A DNA stretch of 64,000 nt, taken from contig CAVJPU010000002.1 in assembly GCA_963651445.1 (NCBI GenBank), positions 18,232 through 82,231 of the forward strand. The letters run 5' to 3'. Origin of the DNA: a bacterium (GTDB taxonomy: Bacteria; Bacillota_I; Bacilli_A; RFN20; CAG-826). Position 1 is the first letter of the stretch. Each line of letters starts with the position of its first letter. The notes beneath the pieces are model-generated. The model was not told where the DNA came from. It worked only from the letters and a program-made list of their open reading frames with translations, and did not search any database. A program made the translations under genes and the position numbers. Positions 51,649 to 63,297 of the stretch are shown piece after piece.

Positions 51649-52100
51649 TGGCTTCAATATTACCAGAAAATTCCACACTGACAACTATAGTAGAGGGCTC
51701 ATCGAGCTCTTTTACTTTCACAAGTAACTTAGATGCAACAGAAACTCTTGTTAGTCTAGAAATTATTTCTACTGATTTTCCATCTTCCATAATAGTTAGT
51801 GGTCCAACTTTTAGCGGTACATTTTCTAATCTTTTTAAATTAGACCCAGGCTCATTAAAATATAGAAAAGGCATAGAATATGGCACAGCGGATTCATTTG
51901 CTAGCTTGCCATCTAAAGGCACAGCAGATCTATACTCGTTTACTGCACCACAAGTTATGCTTAAAAATTTCAATGTAAAAGTTAAGTTAACATATACTGA
52001 TGCCACAATGGCTTCAATAAATATAACTAAAGACTATGTTCAACCTGTGCAAGGAAATTGGGATACCTTCAAACAACAATTCTTAAATTATGTAAGGTGA
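51648..52100 (+). CDS. gp5.1-position protein
   Basis: ATG overlaps the gp5 stop (TAATG). Assignment is by position only. Confidence 0.4.
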   Translation: MASILPENSTLTTIVEGSSSSFTFTSNLDATETLVSLEIISTDFPSSIIVSGPTFSGTFSNLFKLDPGSLKYRKGIEYGTADSFASLPSKGTADLYSFTAPQVMLKNFNVKVKLTYTDATMASINITKDYVQPVQGNWDTFKQQFLNYVR

Positions 52101-52104
52101 TAAA

Positions 52105-52380
52105 ATGACATCGGTTTCATATAACCAAGCTTTAACAACAGGCCATGGGCCGTATAAACCAACCAATATAAATTCGTCTCAGACCAAATTTTTCGTTGGT
52201 GGCGTAGCTGTTTTAGTTAATGGTGATTTAGCCAACAATCATGGACATACACCAGTAGGTCAATGTATTGCAACAAGCACTAAATTTTTTGTTGGTGGCA
52301 AAGCCGTTGTTAGAGTAGGTGATTCATTAACCGATGGCGATGCCGTTGCACAAGGTAGTCCAAAATTATTTTCAAATTAA
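52105..52380 (+). CDS. 5.4: PAAR-repeat spike tip protein (gp5.4)
   Basis: 91 aa with repeated FFVGG.AV.V.GD blocks. Confidence 0.7.
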   Translation: MTSVSYNQALTTGHGPYKPTNINSSQTKFFVGGVAVLVNGDLANNHGHTPVGQCIATSTKFFVGGKAVVRVGDSLTDGDAVAQGSPKLFSN

Positions 52381-52389
52381 GAGGCATTT

Positions 52390-54348
52390 ATGGCAACAAC
52401 TACAACAGCCCAATATGTTAATGGTCAACTACAACGAACCGTTAATGCAATCCCAGATGTTTTCGTTGGTGCAACATTCCAAGAAATCAAAACTGCTTTA
52501 ACAAATTGGTTATCTGGGCAAAAAGAGTTTATTGACTATGACTTTTCTGGAGCACGTATAAATGTACTTTTAGATTTATTGGCATATAACACTCTATACA
52601 TCCAACAATTCTCAAACACTGCGATTTACGAATCATTTTTGAGAACAGCTAATTTAAGGTCATCTATTGTCCAAGCGGCCCAGGATAATTCATACTTGCC
52701 ATCAAGTATGTCAGCTGCCGGAACGTCTATCCAATTACGAGTATCTAACTCGGTAAACCCCACTAATGTAAAAATTCCACGTGGTACTAAATTTCTAGCG
52801 TATGCACGAGAAACTTCGGCAGATCCATATCCATTTGTTGTTACTGAAGATGTTGTTGCTGTTAGAGATTTGGAAAATGAATATTGGCCAATTGTTAGTT
52901 TAGCCCAAGGACGTATTGTTCGAAGCGAATTTATCTTCGATCAAACAGACCCTATTATAATCAGGGATGACAATATTGATAGAAATCACATTAGAGTATT
53001 CGTCGATGGTGCAGAATGGACAAATTGGACCCACAATTCAATGGTTAAAGCCGGTTCTACATCAACGATTTATTACATCCGAGAAACTGTTGATGGATTC
53101 ACTCAAATTTATTTTGGTGAAGGCGAACAGTCTATCTCTACAACTACTGGTGCCTTATATGCTAATTATATTGGTGGCCTAAAGCCTGTACAAAATTCAT
53201 CAATTGCGGTAGAATATATTCGTACCGATGGAGAAAAAGCAAATGGCGCTACCGACTTCACATATGCTGATACGTTACAATACATTACTGTAAATCAAAT
53301 TATTGAAAATTATAACGATGACCCAGATTATGTCGGTGCGGATGGCGGCGGTAATAGAGAAGATAAAGAACGTATTCGTGAAATGGCAGCAGTTAAACGT
53401 GAAGCACAAATGCGTTGTGTTACCGCTAGCGATTATGATTCATTTGTTTCTGAGAGATTTGGCTCTATTGTTCAAGCAATCCAAACATATACGGATTCTG
53501 ATAAGCCTGGTTATGCATTCATTGCAATTAAGCCAAAAAGTGGTTTATATTTGACCGCTGTGCAACGTGAAGATATCCAAACGTATTTGAAAGAATACAA
53601 TTTAGCACCGATTACCCCATCAGTTATTTCTCCAAATTATTTGTTTATTAAGCATGATATTAAAGTCACTTATGCTATTAATAAGCTGCAAGAATCAGAG
53701 CAATGGCTCCAATCAAAAATAATTGATCAAATCGATCGGTATTATATCGAAGATGTTGAGCTGTTCAATAAATCATTTGCAAAATCAAAAATGTTGACAT
53801 TTATTGATAATGCTGACCACTCAATTATTGGTTCATCAGCTACTATTCAATTAGTCAGAGAAATCCAAAACTTCTTTGTTACTGCTGAATCCGGTGTTAA
53901 ATTTAACAATGCTATAACTTCTGCATCTATTGAATCAAACGAGTTCCCATTTATCCCGGCAGATGCTACAGCCGACTCATATATGGTTAAACTAGTATCA
54001 ACATTTAAAGATAGTAACAATAAAGGCAAGATGCTTATTGGTCCATTTGTTCCTGGCGATATTTCTTCACATATAGCGCCATATACCGGTTCTGATTTTG
54101 TTCGTGAGCCAACTGGTGCACAGCGCATTTACTATGCTGTAGGTGATGTGGATTATATTTCCGATTATATCTATTGGAATTTAGCTGCTCTTGATGTTAC
54201 ATCTGACAGATTTGAAGTACAACAGATTGAGTTAAGTGCGACGCCATCAACTGATAATATCTTTACACGCGATGGTTCTTTGATTGTGTTTGAAAATGAT
54301 CTTAGACCGCAATATACAACTATTACATTAGAGGCAGTTACACAATGA
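52390..54348 (+). CDS. 6: baseplate wedge protein gp6
   Basis: 652 aa, by synteny and size. Confidence 0.8.
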   Translation: MATTTTAQYVNGQLQRTVNAIPDVFVGATFQEIKTALTNWLSGQKEFIDYDFSGARINVLLDLLAYNTLYIQQFSNTAIYESFLRTANLRSSIVQAAQDNSYLPSSMSAAGTSIQLRVSNSVNPTNVKIPRGTKFLAYARETSADPYPFVVTEDVVAVRDLENEYWPIVSLAQGRIVRSEFIFDQTDPIIIRDDNIDRNHIRVFVDGAEWTNWTHNSMVKAGSTSTIYYIRETVDGFTQIYFGEGEQSISTTTGALYANYIGGLKPVQNSSIAVEYIRTDGEKANGATDFTYADTLQYITVNQIIENYNDDPDYVGADGGGNREDKERIREMAAVKREAQMRCVTASDYDSFVSERFGSIVQAIQTYTDSDKPGYAFIAIKPKSGLYLTAVQREDIQTYLKEYNLAPITPSVISPNYLFIKHDIKVTYAINKLQESEQWLQSKIIDQIDRYYIEDVELFNKSFAKSKMLTFIDNADHSIIGSSATIQLVREIQNFFVTAESGVKFNNAITSASIESNEFPFIPADATADSYMVKLVSTFKDSNNKGKMLIGPFVPGDISSHIAPYTGSDFVREPTGAQRIYYAVGDVDYISDYIYWNLAALDVTSDRFEVQQIELSATPSTDNIFTRDGSLIVFENDLRPQYTTITLEAVTQ

Positions 54349-57300
54349 GTATAAAGGCACCACCAATCACAAGTCTTGCTATTAGTAAATTATCTGCTAA
54401 TAGCATGCAATTAACTTGGGATGATATCGGTGACAACTTTTATTATTTGGTAGAAATGGCCAAAACACGAGATTCAGGTCCTATAGCCTGGATCTCTCTA
54501 GGCTACACTGCTAATAATTCTTGGTTTTCGTCTGACTTGTCACCATCTACATATTACAAATTTCGTATAGCCGTTGCCGCAGAAGATTTTGACCAGTCTG
54601 ATTGGGAAGAGACAGAAGAATTTGAAACATTCGAACAAAATGCTTACACATTTGAAGTAATGAACGAATTGACTCTTAATAAAAATTTTATTAACGAAAA
54701 ATTTATTAAAGGCAATAATAACTATGTTAATTTCAATACCGATGTTATCAAAGCCGCTTTAACTAATGAATCTTATACGTATTCGGATGCGTATACTCAT
54801 ATTAGCCAAATGAGCAATTATATCATCAAAGAAAACGAATACCACGAAATCCAAGGCGATATTACTACAATTTGTCGAGATTTGGATCGTATGTATCTTA
54901 TGGAAGATGATGGCGTATTGTACTTATTTGAACGTTGGCAAAATCTTGTAAAGGTATCAAATGATAAAGGTCAAACTTGGCGTGCAGTTAAATTAATGAA
55001 TGACCGAGTTGGTTGGCCATTATCAAAAACTGTGTTCTATCAATCAGATACAACAAATTATGTTCTTGGCTGGGATAGAATATTTTACGGTCGTAAATCA
55101 ACGGATGTTCGTTGGTCATCGGATGAAGTCAGATTCTCATCTGATGATGTTACATTTGCCAAAATAGGCGATACACTCCAATTAGGTTTTGACGTAAATA
55201 TTTTTGGTACCTATGCACGTTTGCCTGCAGAAATTTCTCAAATTGCAGAAGCAATCACCTGTAATGATGACTATGTTTATGTTGTTGCACGAGATGTGGT
55301 TAGATATGCGAAAACTCGTAATGCTCCAATTGACACAGATCCATCTTCATCTACATTTGGTGAAAAATTATTTGAGCCAGGTGTACAAAGAATAACCAAT
55401 AATCCTAAAGCAGTAGTTTGGAAAATGGACTCGGTTGAAGGACGAATATTTGCATTGGTCATTGGTGAAGTTAAACAAGAAAAAATGTCACCGCACAATA
55501 ACGCAAATATTGTTGATTCACTTGATAAAGGTGTTTATATTTTAGAGGACCATGATACAGGAAAATGGACTCGTGTATTCGGTAACACTGAAGAGGAACG
55601 TCGTCGTATTGAACTCGGCTATACCAACATGTCATGCGATGATAAAGAAATTTTTATATCATCAAGCAACTATAAAGTGTTAAGTGAAAATATTATTGAA
55701 GATACAGAATTACCGACCAAATATCCTGAATTCGTTACAAATGCTGTTCGTGAAGAATATGTCCAACAATGGATCCATGATAAACACTATTTGATGATGT
55801 CGTTTAGAGCCAATAGTTTTAATGGCTGGGATAACTGGGCACCTGGTCGTATGCGGTATTATGCAGAACCATTTTTCTCTAAATGTACAAATTCTGGTAC
55901 ACGTTGCTGGGTTAATACATCAAACAAAGTTGTAATGGTATATTCTGATATCACGCATGAATATTCTATTGATCCATATCCGGTAACTTCTCCTAATAGA
56001 TTTATGAAAGAAGTTTGGAAATTAGGCGATTGCACTGTGTATTTCCCTAATATTGCGTTTGATAATTTCACCCAATACGCTAGTGGTATAATTTTTTATA
56101 AATCATCTGGTGAACTTGTCGGATACTACGAATTCAATTATCGAGTAAAAGATAGTGTTCGAATAGTATGGAAGCCAACAAATGTCTTTTTGAAAGCATA
56201 CATGCAAGACCAAGTCAGAGAAGAAAACTGGACTCCGGATGATGGTTATGGATACAACAATCCCGATTTGCGTCCATTCTTGACCAAAATGATTCCTGAT
56301 AGCTACCTTTTAGAGGATTCAAATTTTGAAAAATTTTGTCAATATTATCTTCAATATATTTCTGATGGGTATGGGACTTCTTATAACAACTTGGTTAATT
56401 TAATTAGAGACAAATTTCCCAAAGAGGAACACTCATGGGAGTATATGTGGTCTGAGGTATATAAACGCAACATTTATTTAAACAAAACAAAACGCGATTT
56501 GGTTTCTAGATTCTTTGAAGCACGTAAAAATGATTTCTACTCTACTAAAGGTATTGAAGATTCATATAAGTTTTTGTTTAAGGTATTGTATAACGAAGAT
56601 GTCGAAATCGACATTGAATCTGGTAATGGCCTTGAGTATGACATTATTGTGGAATCCGATAATATCACCGATGACTTAGCTGGTCGAACTGTCTATACCG
56701 CCACCGGTAGATCCAATGTGACATATATCGAACGTCACTATAACAAAGGCAAATTGCAATGGAAATTAACAATTCATAATTTGCTAGGACGATTTATTGC
56801 TGGACAAGAAATTAGATCTGAAAAAACCAATTTTGATGGTATTATTGTTCAAGGTGTTCGTGGTAAAGATATGTCATCTAATACAATTGAGTACATCAAT
56901 CGTGGTAGAGCATATTATGTTATGAAAATTAAATCAGCATTGCCTTCTGCTAGGTATCGTGATGACGTGTTAAGATTTGTCCATCCTGTAGGTTTTGGCT
57001 TTGTAGGTATAACATTGATCACAATGTTTATTAATGCCGGTTTAAGCATGAAGCATGTAGAAACTATCATAAATAAATTAAAGACATATCGTTGGGATGC
57101 AGGGCTTCCATCTGTATACCCTGACCGAGTTGCTAAATTTGGTCCTGATGGTCAGATTGATCACGATGTTACTACAGGTGAACCCATTTACTTAGAAGCA
57201 CCTAATGCCAATGAGCCATTTCCTCTACGTCCTGATTATATGGCAGACAATCCTGGGTTATATTATGGATTAAATGCTGATCAACGCCGTCGTCCAATGA

Positions 57301-57431
57301 GCCCATTATTTGATCAATCTGCTGTTACATTCTCCAAATATAGAGATTTGGTAGATCAACGTCTTAAAGATAATATAGGACTTCCTAGAGATCCGGTAGA
57401 CCCAACGCAAGTTAAAATTGGAGAAAACTAA
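54345..57431 (+). CDS. 7: baseplate wedge protein gp7
   Basis: 1028 aa, by synteny and size. Confidence 0.8.
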   Translation: MSIKAPPITSLAISKLSANSMQLTWDDIGDNFYYLVEMAKTRDSGPIAWISLGYTANNSWFSSDLSPSTYYKFRIAVAAEDFDQSDWEETEEFETFEQNAYTFEVMNELTLNKNFINEKFIKGNNNYVNFNTDVIKAALTNESYTYSDAYTHISQMSNYIIKENEYHEIQGDITTICRDLDRMYLMEDDGVLYLFERWQNLVKVSNDKGQTWRAVKLMNDRVGWPLSKTVFYQSDTTNYVLGWDRIFYGRKSTDVRWSSDEVRFSSDDVTFAKIGDTLQLGFDVNIFGTYARLPAEISQIAEAITCNDDYVYVVARDVVRYAKTRNAPIDTDPSSSTFGEKLFEPGVQRITNNPKAVVWKMDSVEGRIFALVIGEVKQEKMSPHNNANIVDSLDKGVYILEDHDTGKWTRVFGNTEEERRRIELGYTNMSCDDKEIFISSSNYKVLSENIIEDTELPTKYPEFVTNAVREEYVQQWIHDKHYLMMSFRANSFNGWDNWAPGRMRYYAEPFFSKCTNSGTRCWVNTSNKVVMVYSDITHEYSIDPYPVTSPNRFMKEVWKLGDCTVYFPNIAFDNFTQYASGIIFYKSSGELVGYYEFNYRVKDSVRIVWKPTNVFLKAYMQDQVREENWTPDDGYGYNNPDLRPFLTKMIPDSYLLEDSNFEKFCQYYLQYISDGYGTSYNNLVNLIRDKFPKEEHSWEYMWSEVYKRNIYLNKTKRDLVSRFFEARKNDFYSTKGIEDSYKFLFKVLYNEDVEIDIESGNGLEYDIIVESDNITDDLAGRTVYTATGRSNVTYIERHYNKGKLQWKLTIHNLLGRFIAGQEIRSEKTNFDGIIVQGVRGKDMSSNTIEYINRGRAYYVMKIKSALPSARYRDDVLRFVHPVGFGFVGITLITMFINAGLSMKHVETIINKLKTYRWDAGLPSVYPDRVAKFGPDGQIDHDVTTGEPIYLEAPNANEPFPLRPDYMADNPGLYYGLNADQRRRPMSPLFDQSAVTFSKYRDLVDQRLKDNIGLPRDPVDPTQVKIGEN

Positions 57432-58438
57432 TGGCTGATTCAAGCCCAGAAGTGTATCGTGCTAGGATTACGTCCAAGTTCAGAACAGAAAAATTAATGA
57501 ATTACTATAATTTGGTCGGCGATTCTGCCGACCAAAATACCATTTATTTGACATTTGGTCGAGACACACCTTGGTCAACGTTAGAAAATGATCCGGGCTT
57601 TGCTCCGCCATATCCGTCGGAAACGCCACAAGGCATTGAAGATATTTGGACAAATATGCTTGGCGCTGTTAAAATTCAAAGAACATATTTAGATGCAGTC
57701 GTTCCACGTAAAGACTGGGGCGACACTCGTTATCCAGATTCTAGAACATTTCGAGTTGGCGATTTAGTTGTAACAAATACTATGCCTACTAATAGAGCAC
57801 CTGGCGCAGAAGGTTGGTTAGTGTATCGTGTTGTTGATGTTCCGGATACAGGTATGTGTTCTATTACATCAATTACAACTAAAGTTGAATGTAATATGCT
57901 AGGCGGTAAATGGACGCCTTCTGTTGAAAGTTATATTGCACCTAGTGGTCGTGGTGATACTGAAGGAATGGTAGACACAGGTGATGGATACTTATGGGAA
58001 TACTTATATGAGATTCCACCGGATGTATCAATTAACCGCTGTACGAATGAATATATTGTTGTGCCGTGGCCGGATGAAATCGAAGCCGATCCTGCTCGAT
58101 GGGGTTACTCAAACAATTTAACATGGCAGCAAAATGACTACAATTTGATCTTTAGAATTAAAGCGGTAACAATGCGGTTTAAAGCGTATTTGGACTCTGT
58201 ATATTTTCCCGAAGCATCAGTTCTTGGTAATAAAGGTTTTAGACAAATTTCTATTATCATGAACCCATTAGAAGCTAAGGTTAATCCTACAGATCCAAAT
58301 GTCAAAGCCATCAAAGACAATTATTCTAAAACTGGTTTAGATAGACATTCTGGAGAAATGATTTATATTGAAAATAGACCTCCTATTATTCGATCAATGG
58401 ATCAGACCGAAGAAGTCACGATCTACTTCGAGTTCTAA
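57431..58438 (+). CDS. 8: baseplate wedge protein gp8
   Basis: 335 aa, by synteny and size. Confidence 0.8.
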   Translation: MADSSPEVYRARITSKFRTEKLMNYYNLVGDSADQNTIYLTFGRDTPWSTLENDPGFAPPYPSETPQGIEDIWTNMLGAVKIQRTYLDAVVPRKDWGDTRYPDSRTFRVGDLVVTNTMPTNRAPGAEGWLVYRVVDVPDTGMCSITSITTKVECNMLGGKWTPSVESYIAPSGRGDTEGMVDTGDGYLWEYLYEIPPDVSINRCTNEYIVVPWPDEIEADPARWGYSNNLTWQQNDYNLIFRIKAVTMRFKAYLDSVYFPEASVLGNKGFRQISIIMNPLEAKVNPTDPNVKAIKDNYSKTGLDRHSGEMIYIENRPPIIRSMDQTEEVTIYFEF

Positions 58439-58440
58439 CT

Positions 58441-58464
58441 AAAGGGCCCAATTGGGCCCTTTTT
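58441..58464 (+). terminator. intrinsic terminator after gene 8
   Basis: AAAGGGCCC-AATT-GGGCCCTTTTT. Confidence 0.7.
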
Positions 58465-58467
58465 GCA

Positions 58468-58475
58468 TATAAATA
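58468..58475 (+). promoter_or_regulatory. T4 late promoter TATAAATA (for gene 9 and onward)
   Basis: Exact TATAAATA 26 nt upstream of the gene 9 ATG. Confidence 0.6.
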
Positions 58476-58500
58476 TATAAAAACTATAAGAGGATTTGGA

Positions 58501-59364
58501 ATGTTCAATCAAGAACCAAAAACACAAATTGATGTTGGTGAAATTGGTAATGCTTCAACGGGTGATATCTTATTTGATGGTGGTAATAAAATCAACTCAA
58601 ACATGGATGCCATTTATAACTCATTCGGTGACCAACGCTATTACGAAACAAACACAGCAGTAGGTAATCAAACTATTCACGGGACCGGTTATTATCAAAA
58701 AGTTACTGCATATGATTTTAGAACTCCATTACCTATGGGGTCAATGTGGGATATCGACACTACAAATGGTGCAGCAAATCCTATTTTGTCGGCTGGAAAA
58801 CCAGGTGAAGCAGTATTTTTTATAAACAGTAACGGTACATGTTCTACATCACGTCCTATAGTTATTCAAGCATCTGGCGGCTCATTTGCCGGTATACAAG
58901 GCGGCCTAACAATTACGCAACCGTATTGTCGTGTTGAGTGCTGGTGTATTTCCAACGAAAGCAATGTTCCTGTTTGGAATTATTCTATTAGCTCAATGTT
59001 TGGATCAAAAGAAACACCAGTAGAGACCACAAAACTTACTCCTATCACCGGAGAAACTAGAATTCCTCTAGCTCATATGTCCGAATATAATTCTATAAAG
59101 CTGTTGATTACTGCAATGACTGCGGACTCGACCATTCAAAGACAATCCGAAACTAATATTCTTATAGATAAGCGTTTAAAAAATGTTATTGATACCGAAT
59201 TTGCAGTTATGAAAATTGGCAATGCAAATGAAGATGACGAAATCGTAACTATTAAATATGAAATAGGTACTGGTGATATGGTTAACTTAGTTGCCACCAC
59301 CAAATATGCAAACATGCGATTATCTGTTAAGAGTATTGCAACACAACGAGTTGGATCAGCATAA
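58501..59364 (+). CDS. 9: baseplate wedge / long-tail-fibre socket protein gp9
   Basis: MFNQEPKTQIDVGEIGNASTGDILFDGGNKINSNMDAIYNSFGDQR parallels the T4 gp9 N-terminus. Confidence 0.85.
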   Translation: MFNQEPKTQIDVGEIGNASTGDILFDGGNKINSNMDAIYNSFGDQRYYETNTAVGNQTIHGTGYYQKVTAYDFRTPLPMGSMWDIDTTNGAANPILSAGKPGEAVFFINSNGTCSTSRPIVIQASGGSFAGIQGGLTITQPYCRVECWCISNESNVPVWNYSISSMFGSKETPVETTKLTPITGETRIPLAHMSEYNSIKLLITAMTADSTIQRQSETNILIDKRLKNVIDTEFAVMKIGNANEDDEIVTIKYEIGTGDMVNLVATTKYANMRLSVKSIATQRVGSA

Positions 59365-61178
59365 TGAAAGAAAATTTAAATGTAGGTAATGTTGTAGATG
59401 ATGGCACAGGTGATTATTTGCGTGAAGGCGGCCTAAAAATCAATAACAACTTTACTGAATTATATGATGAACTAGGGGATGGCACTGTGCCATATCCTGC
59501 CGGAGCATGGGAGACTATTTCTTCTAGTACTAGTAATGTACTAAATGCAGCATTCGGTAAATCATACGCAATCAACACATCAAGTGCTCGCCTTCAAGTA
59601 AATCTTCCTAAAGGAAGCGTTGCCGATTATAATAAGGTTATTCGTATTAGAGACACCTTTAGTACATGGCAAACTAACCCTGTAACAGTTAAACCTGCTA
59701 ATGGCGACACGCTTAAGGGTAGTAGTGCTTCTAAATTATTCAATACGAATTTGACCGATTTAGAGTTAGTTTATTGTGCACCTGGACGCTGGGAATTTTT
59801 AGCAAATAAATTATTGAATAAAATCTCTAATGGCGACATTGCAACTGTTCTTAAGAAAGAATTTTTATGCGATGATGGCCAAACGGATTTCCTTAATATT
59901 TTCGGTGACAACGGCTACAATTTAGTAAATACACATGTTTACCATCGCGGTAACTTATTATATTACGGCACAGACTTTACTGATAACTCTGATTACGGAT
60001 CTCCTGGTACAGGAGCATCAATCGTTAAATTAGACGGCAATAGTATCCGCCTTCGTGATCCGGCAGTAAAAGGTGATACCGTAATGGTAGTCACATATCT
60101 TGATGGTATTGCACAATGGCGCTCAACGTACAACCGTCTAGATTGTATGGTCTTAGACAAAACTAAAACGAATGACACATCTGTTGCCGGATCAGTCCTT
60201 GTTTCCGATTTATCGACACTACATTCGATAACAGTAGAACAGCTTGGATATACTCCTAATTCAAATACCGGATTAATTAATCCGGACACATTTGAAGTTT
60301 ATGTCAATGGTGTCATTTTAAATGAAGCTGGTAAAGCTGGGCTTCCAATGTTCCGTTGTGAAGGCGCATCCGCCAAAGATCAAACCGATTGTACAGCTTT
60401 AGGTGGTCGATGGATTGCATCTAATACCGATTACGTGTTTACTACTAATCCGGATACTGGTGCAATTATTAGCGTAGAATTTGATAAACTATTCGAACAT
60501 GGCGATGTAATCACGGTCAAATGGTACAACAATGACATTGGTACAACAATGGAAATTGATGATATTTTGGAAGAAACTGATAAAGTGTATATCCAAAAAG
60601 GTTCTACCGTTTATCTTTCTGGTGCCATTCGTTATACCGATTACAATAAACCTAGATGGCCAAATGTTGAACCATTAGGATTAACCCAAGTAGATGTCAA
60701 AACTCCTTATGATATTTTCGATCTCCTTATGCCGGTAGGAACGATTTATGAAAATGGAGACAACCCTAACAACCCATCAACATATATGGGTTTTGGTGTT
60801 TGGGTACTATTTGCAGAGAAACAATTTCTCGCCGGATGGACAAGCGATACTAAAGATACTTTATTTGGATTAAATAATAATGATATCGATAGTAATGGCA
60901 ATCCAACTGCAACCGCTGGTGGTACAGGTGGTAATCGAATTATTACATTGACCAATGATAATTTACCGGCTATGCATACAGATGAAAAAGTTCTTGTTGC
61001 AGATTCTGATGGTCCTATCATCATCGGTGGTTGTCAATTTGATCCTAGCGATATCGGACCTGCATATTATAAGTATCGAGAAGAGCAAGCGAAAACAAAT
61101 GCTTCGCACACACCTCCTACAAGCATGTCAATTGTGCCGCCATATGTAACTGTATATCGTTGGAAAAGGATAGCATAA
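59364..61178 (+). CDS. 10: baseplate wedge protein gp10
   Basis: 604 aa, by synteny and size. Confidence 0.8.
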   Translation: MKENLNVGNVVDDGTGDYLREGGLKINNNFTELYDELGDGTVPYPAGAWETISSSTSNVLNAAFGKSYAINTSSARLQVNLPKGSVADYNKVIRIRDTFSTWQTNPVTVKPANGDTLKGSSASKLFNTNLTDLELVYCAPGRWEFLANKLLNKISNGDIATVLKKEFLCDDGQTDFLNIFGDNGYNLVNTHVYHRGNLLYYGTDFTDNSDYGSPGTGASIVKLDGNSIRLRDPAVKGDTVMVVTYLDGIAQWRSTYNRLDCMVLDKTKTNDTSVAGSVLVSDLSTLHSITVEQLGYTPNSNTGLINPDTFEVYVNGVILNEAGKAGLPMFRCEGASAKDQTDCTALGGRWIASNTDYVFTTNPDTGAIISVEFDKLFEHGDVITVKWYNNDIGTTMEIDDILEETDKVYIQKGSTVYLSGAIRYTDYNKPRWPNVEPLGLTQVDVKTPYDIFDLLMPVGTIYENGDNPNNPSTYMGFGVWVLFAEKQFLAGWTSDTKDTLFGLNNNDIDSNGNPTATAGGTGGNRIITLTNDNLPAMHTDEKVLVADSDGPIIIGGCQFDPSDIGPAYYKYREEQAKTNASHTPPTSMSIVPPYVTVYRWKRIA

Positions 61179-61834
61179 TGAGTAAAAATCTTACACTCTC
61201 ACAAAATTATTCTCGTGATGCAAGTCATCACGAGTTCGCTCTAAAACCAGGCAGCATTTTAGTAGGCAATAACCAACCGTATGGTTCACTTACAATTAAT
61301 CAAACCGCAGTAGGCGTAAATTACCCTAATGTCCAAGCGGCAATTGATGATATGCCTGCATTGTACACGTTGCCTTTAAATACCATAATTTCTAATGTTG
61401 ACGGTATTTCGCCGGCCGGCACTAGTCAAATTGACGAATTTAAATTCACCGGTCAAATCAAAGATCCTTCTAAATTGACCGGTGACCCTATTCAATTTAA
61501 TTTTTATGGGTTCCCTACAACTGTTCTTGTTGGTGACACCGGCGAAGAAGTTGCAGGTAAAGTAAAGCTACAACTTGAATTAGCTAAGTCTGCCGGTAAA
61601 GTCATTAATAACGTAATATTTGGCGCAACATTAGATATTTTACAAATAAAATATAACGATTTCCAAACACATGTATTAGACCAAACAGTGCAGTATAGCG
61701 TTAAAGTTGTACAAACTACTATTTCTCCTGCCAAATCTGGTTATGGGGTATGGAGCCGTGTTGGTACACAAACTATTACATTAGATGGCGCATCAGCACC
61801 TACATTATTTTATTACTTTAAACGCGAGGCATAA
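61178..61834 (+). CDS. 11: baseplate wedge protein gp11
   Basis: ATG at 61178 overlaps the gp10 stop (TAATG). 218 aa. Confidence 0.75.
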   Translation: MSKNLTLSQNYSRDASHHEFALKPGSILVGNNQPYGSLTINQTAVGVNYPNVQAAIDDMPALYTLPLNTIISNVDGISPAGTSQIDEFKFTGQIKDPSKLTGDPIQFNFYGFPTTVLVGDTGEEVAGKVKLQLELAKSAGKVINNVIFGATLDILQIKYNDFQTHVLDQTVQYSVKVVQTTISPAKSGYGVWSRVGTQTITLDGASAPTLFYYFKREA

Positions 61835-61839
61835 TACTA

Positions 61840-63297
61840 ATGGCTGTCACACCTTTAAATAATACGTACAAACATATATCCGATCAGTCTAAGTATAACG
61901 TCTTTAATCCATCAGGCACAAATTATCCTTCTACTGTAACCAATGTGCAAGATGCATTAGCGATGACCTCTCCTACGTCATACGCTACTACAACTGCACC
62001 TGGCGTTATTCTAATTGCGTCTCAAGCAGAAGTTTTAGCCGGTGTTGACACAACAAAGGCAGTTACACCAGCTACATTAACAGCTAGATTGGCATATCCC
62101 GATGCTACCACAACAGTTAAAGGTATCTTATTTTTAGCTACAAATGCAGAAGCACAAGCCGGTACTAATACGGCAAAAGGAATTGTGCCTTCATCATTAA
62201 AGTACACATTAGACTGGTATTGGGCTAATCGTCTTGCTTCGGAAACTGCAACAGGTGTTCTTAAGTTATCAACCGCCGCTGCTGCAGCTGCTGGTACAGA
62301 CGACACTACAGCAATGACTCCATTAAAAGTTAAACAAGCAATTGCTGCTGCAACATCGCAAATTCCTTCATACACGGGCGCTACAGAAAGCGCATCAGGA
62401 ACTGTTCAATTGGCAACAATTGGCCAAGTTACACAAGGTACATTACGTGATGGGTTTGCTGTTTCACCATACACATTGGCAAATTTGACCGGAAATACAT
62501 CACGTCGAGGAATTGTCCAAGCGGCTACATTAGCTCAAGCTAATTTAGGAACAGACGATAGCTTGTATATTTCCGCTAAAGGCTTCAAAACATTTATAGC
62601 AACAACAACCGATTTTGGTACAACAAAATTGACAAAAGTTGTTGGTAGTGGTGCTGCCGGTAGTGTGTTATCATATGATGCAAATGTGTTGGCAACAACT
62701 GGCGGAACAATGACCGGCGCACTTACAGTAAATTCAAATATCACTGCAACCGGAACAATTACTCAAGCTGGCAATGTTGTAGTAGATGCATCATCTATTA
62801 ACAAATATACACCTATTGGGACAATTGTTCAATGGCCTTCTAGTACATTACCTTCTTCTGGTATTTGGGCATTGTGTGATGGCGGCACAGAATCTACAAC
62901 AAATAGAGCTGCGTTGTTTGCTGTTATAGGATACAACTTTGGCGGTAATGGGACTATTTTTAATAGACCAACTATTGCTGGTGCTGGTTCAACTTATGTT
63001 ATTTGTTCACAAACACAATATATTTCTTCATCAGATAGAAATACGGTCCAAATTCCATTAAATGTACCAAGTGATGTTGATCTTACAAATACGAGTTCAT
63101 ATGGAATTCAAATAACACTAGAAGCAACACATGAAGCATTTGGGTTTGGGAGAACGGCAAAGGGAATTAACATCAATGCATGGAGCCGTTCAGGTACAAA
63201 TCGTATTGGCTACAACGGAAATATCACTGTAACAGTGGTTAAAAATAATTCTTCTGCATCAGAAAATCAAGTAAAATATATCATAAGGGTCGCGTAA
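61840..63297 (+). CDS. 12: short tail fibre gp12
   Basis: 485 aa with repeated A.x.EA.AG.....AVTP-type collar repeats in the N-terminal half. Confidence 0.8.
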   Translation: MAVTPLNNTYKHISDQSKYNVFNPSGTNYPSTVTNVQDALAMTSPTSYATTTAPGVILIASQAEVLAGVDTTKAVTPATLTARLAYPDATTTVKGILFLATNAEAQAGTNTAKGIVPSSLKYTLDWYWANRLASETATGVLKLSTAAAAAAGTDDTTAMTPLKVKQAIAAATSQIPSYTGATESASGTVQLATIGQVTQGTLRDGFAVSPYTLANLTGNTSRRGIVQAATLAQANLGTDDSLYISAKGFKTFIATTTDFGTTKLTKVVGSGAAGSVLSYDANVLATTGGTMTGALTVNSNITATGTITQAGNVVVDASSINKYTPIGTIVQWPSSTLPSSGIWALCDGGTESTTNRAALFAVIGYNFGGNGTIFNRPTIAGAGSTYVICSQTQYISSSDRNTVQIPLNVPSDVDLTNTSSYGIQITLEATHEAFGFGRTAKGININAWSRSGTNRIGYNGNITVTVVKNNSSASENQVKYIIRVA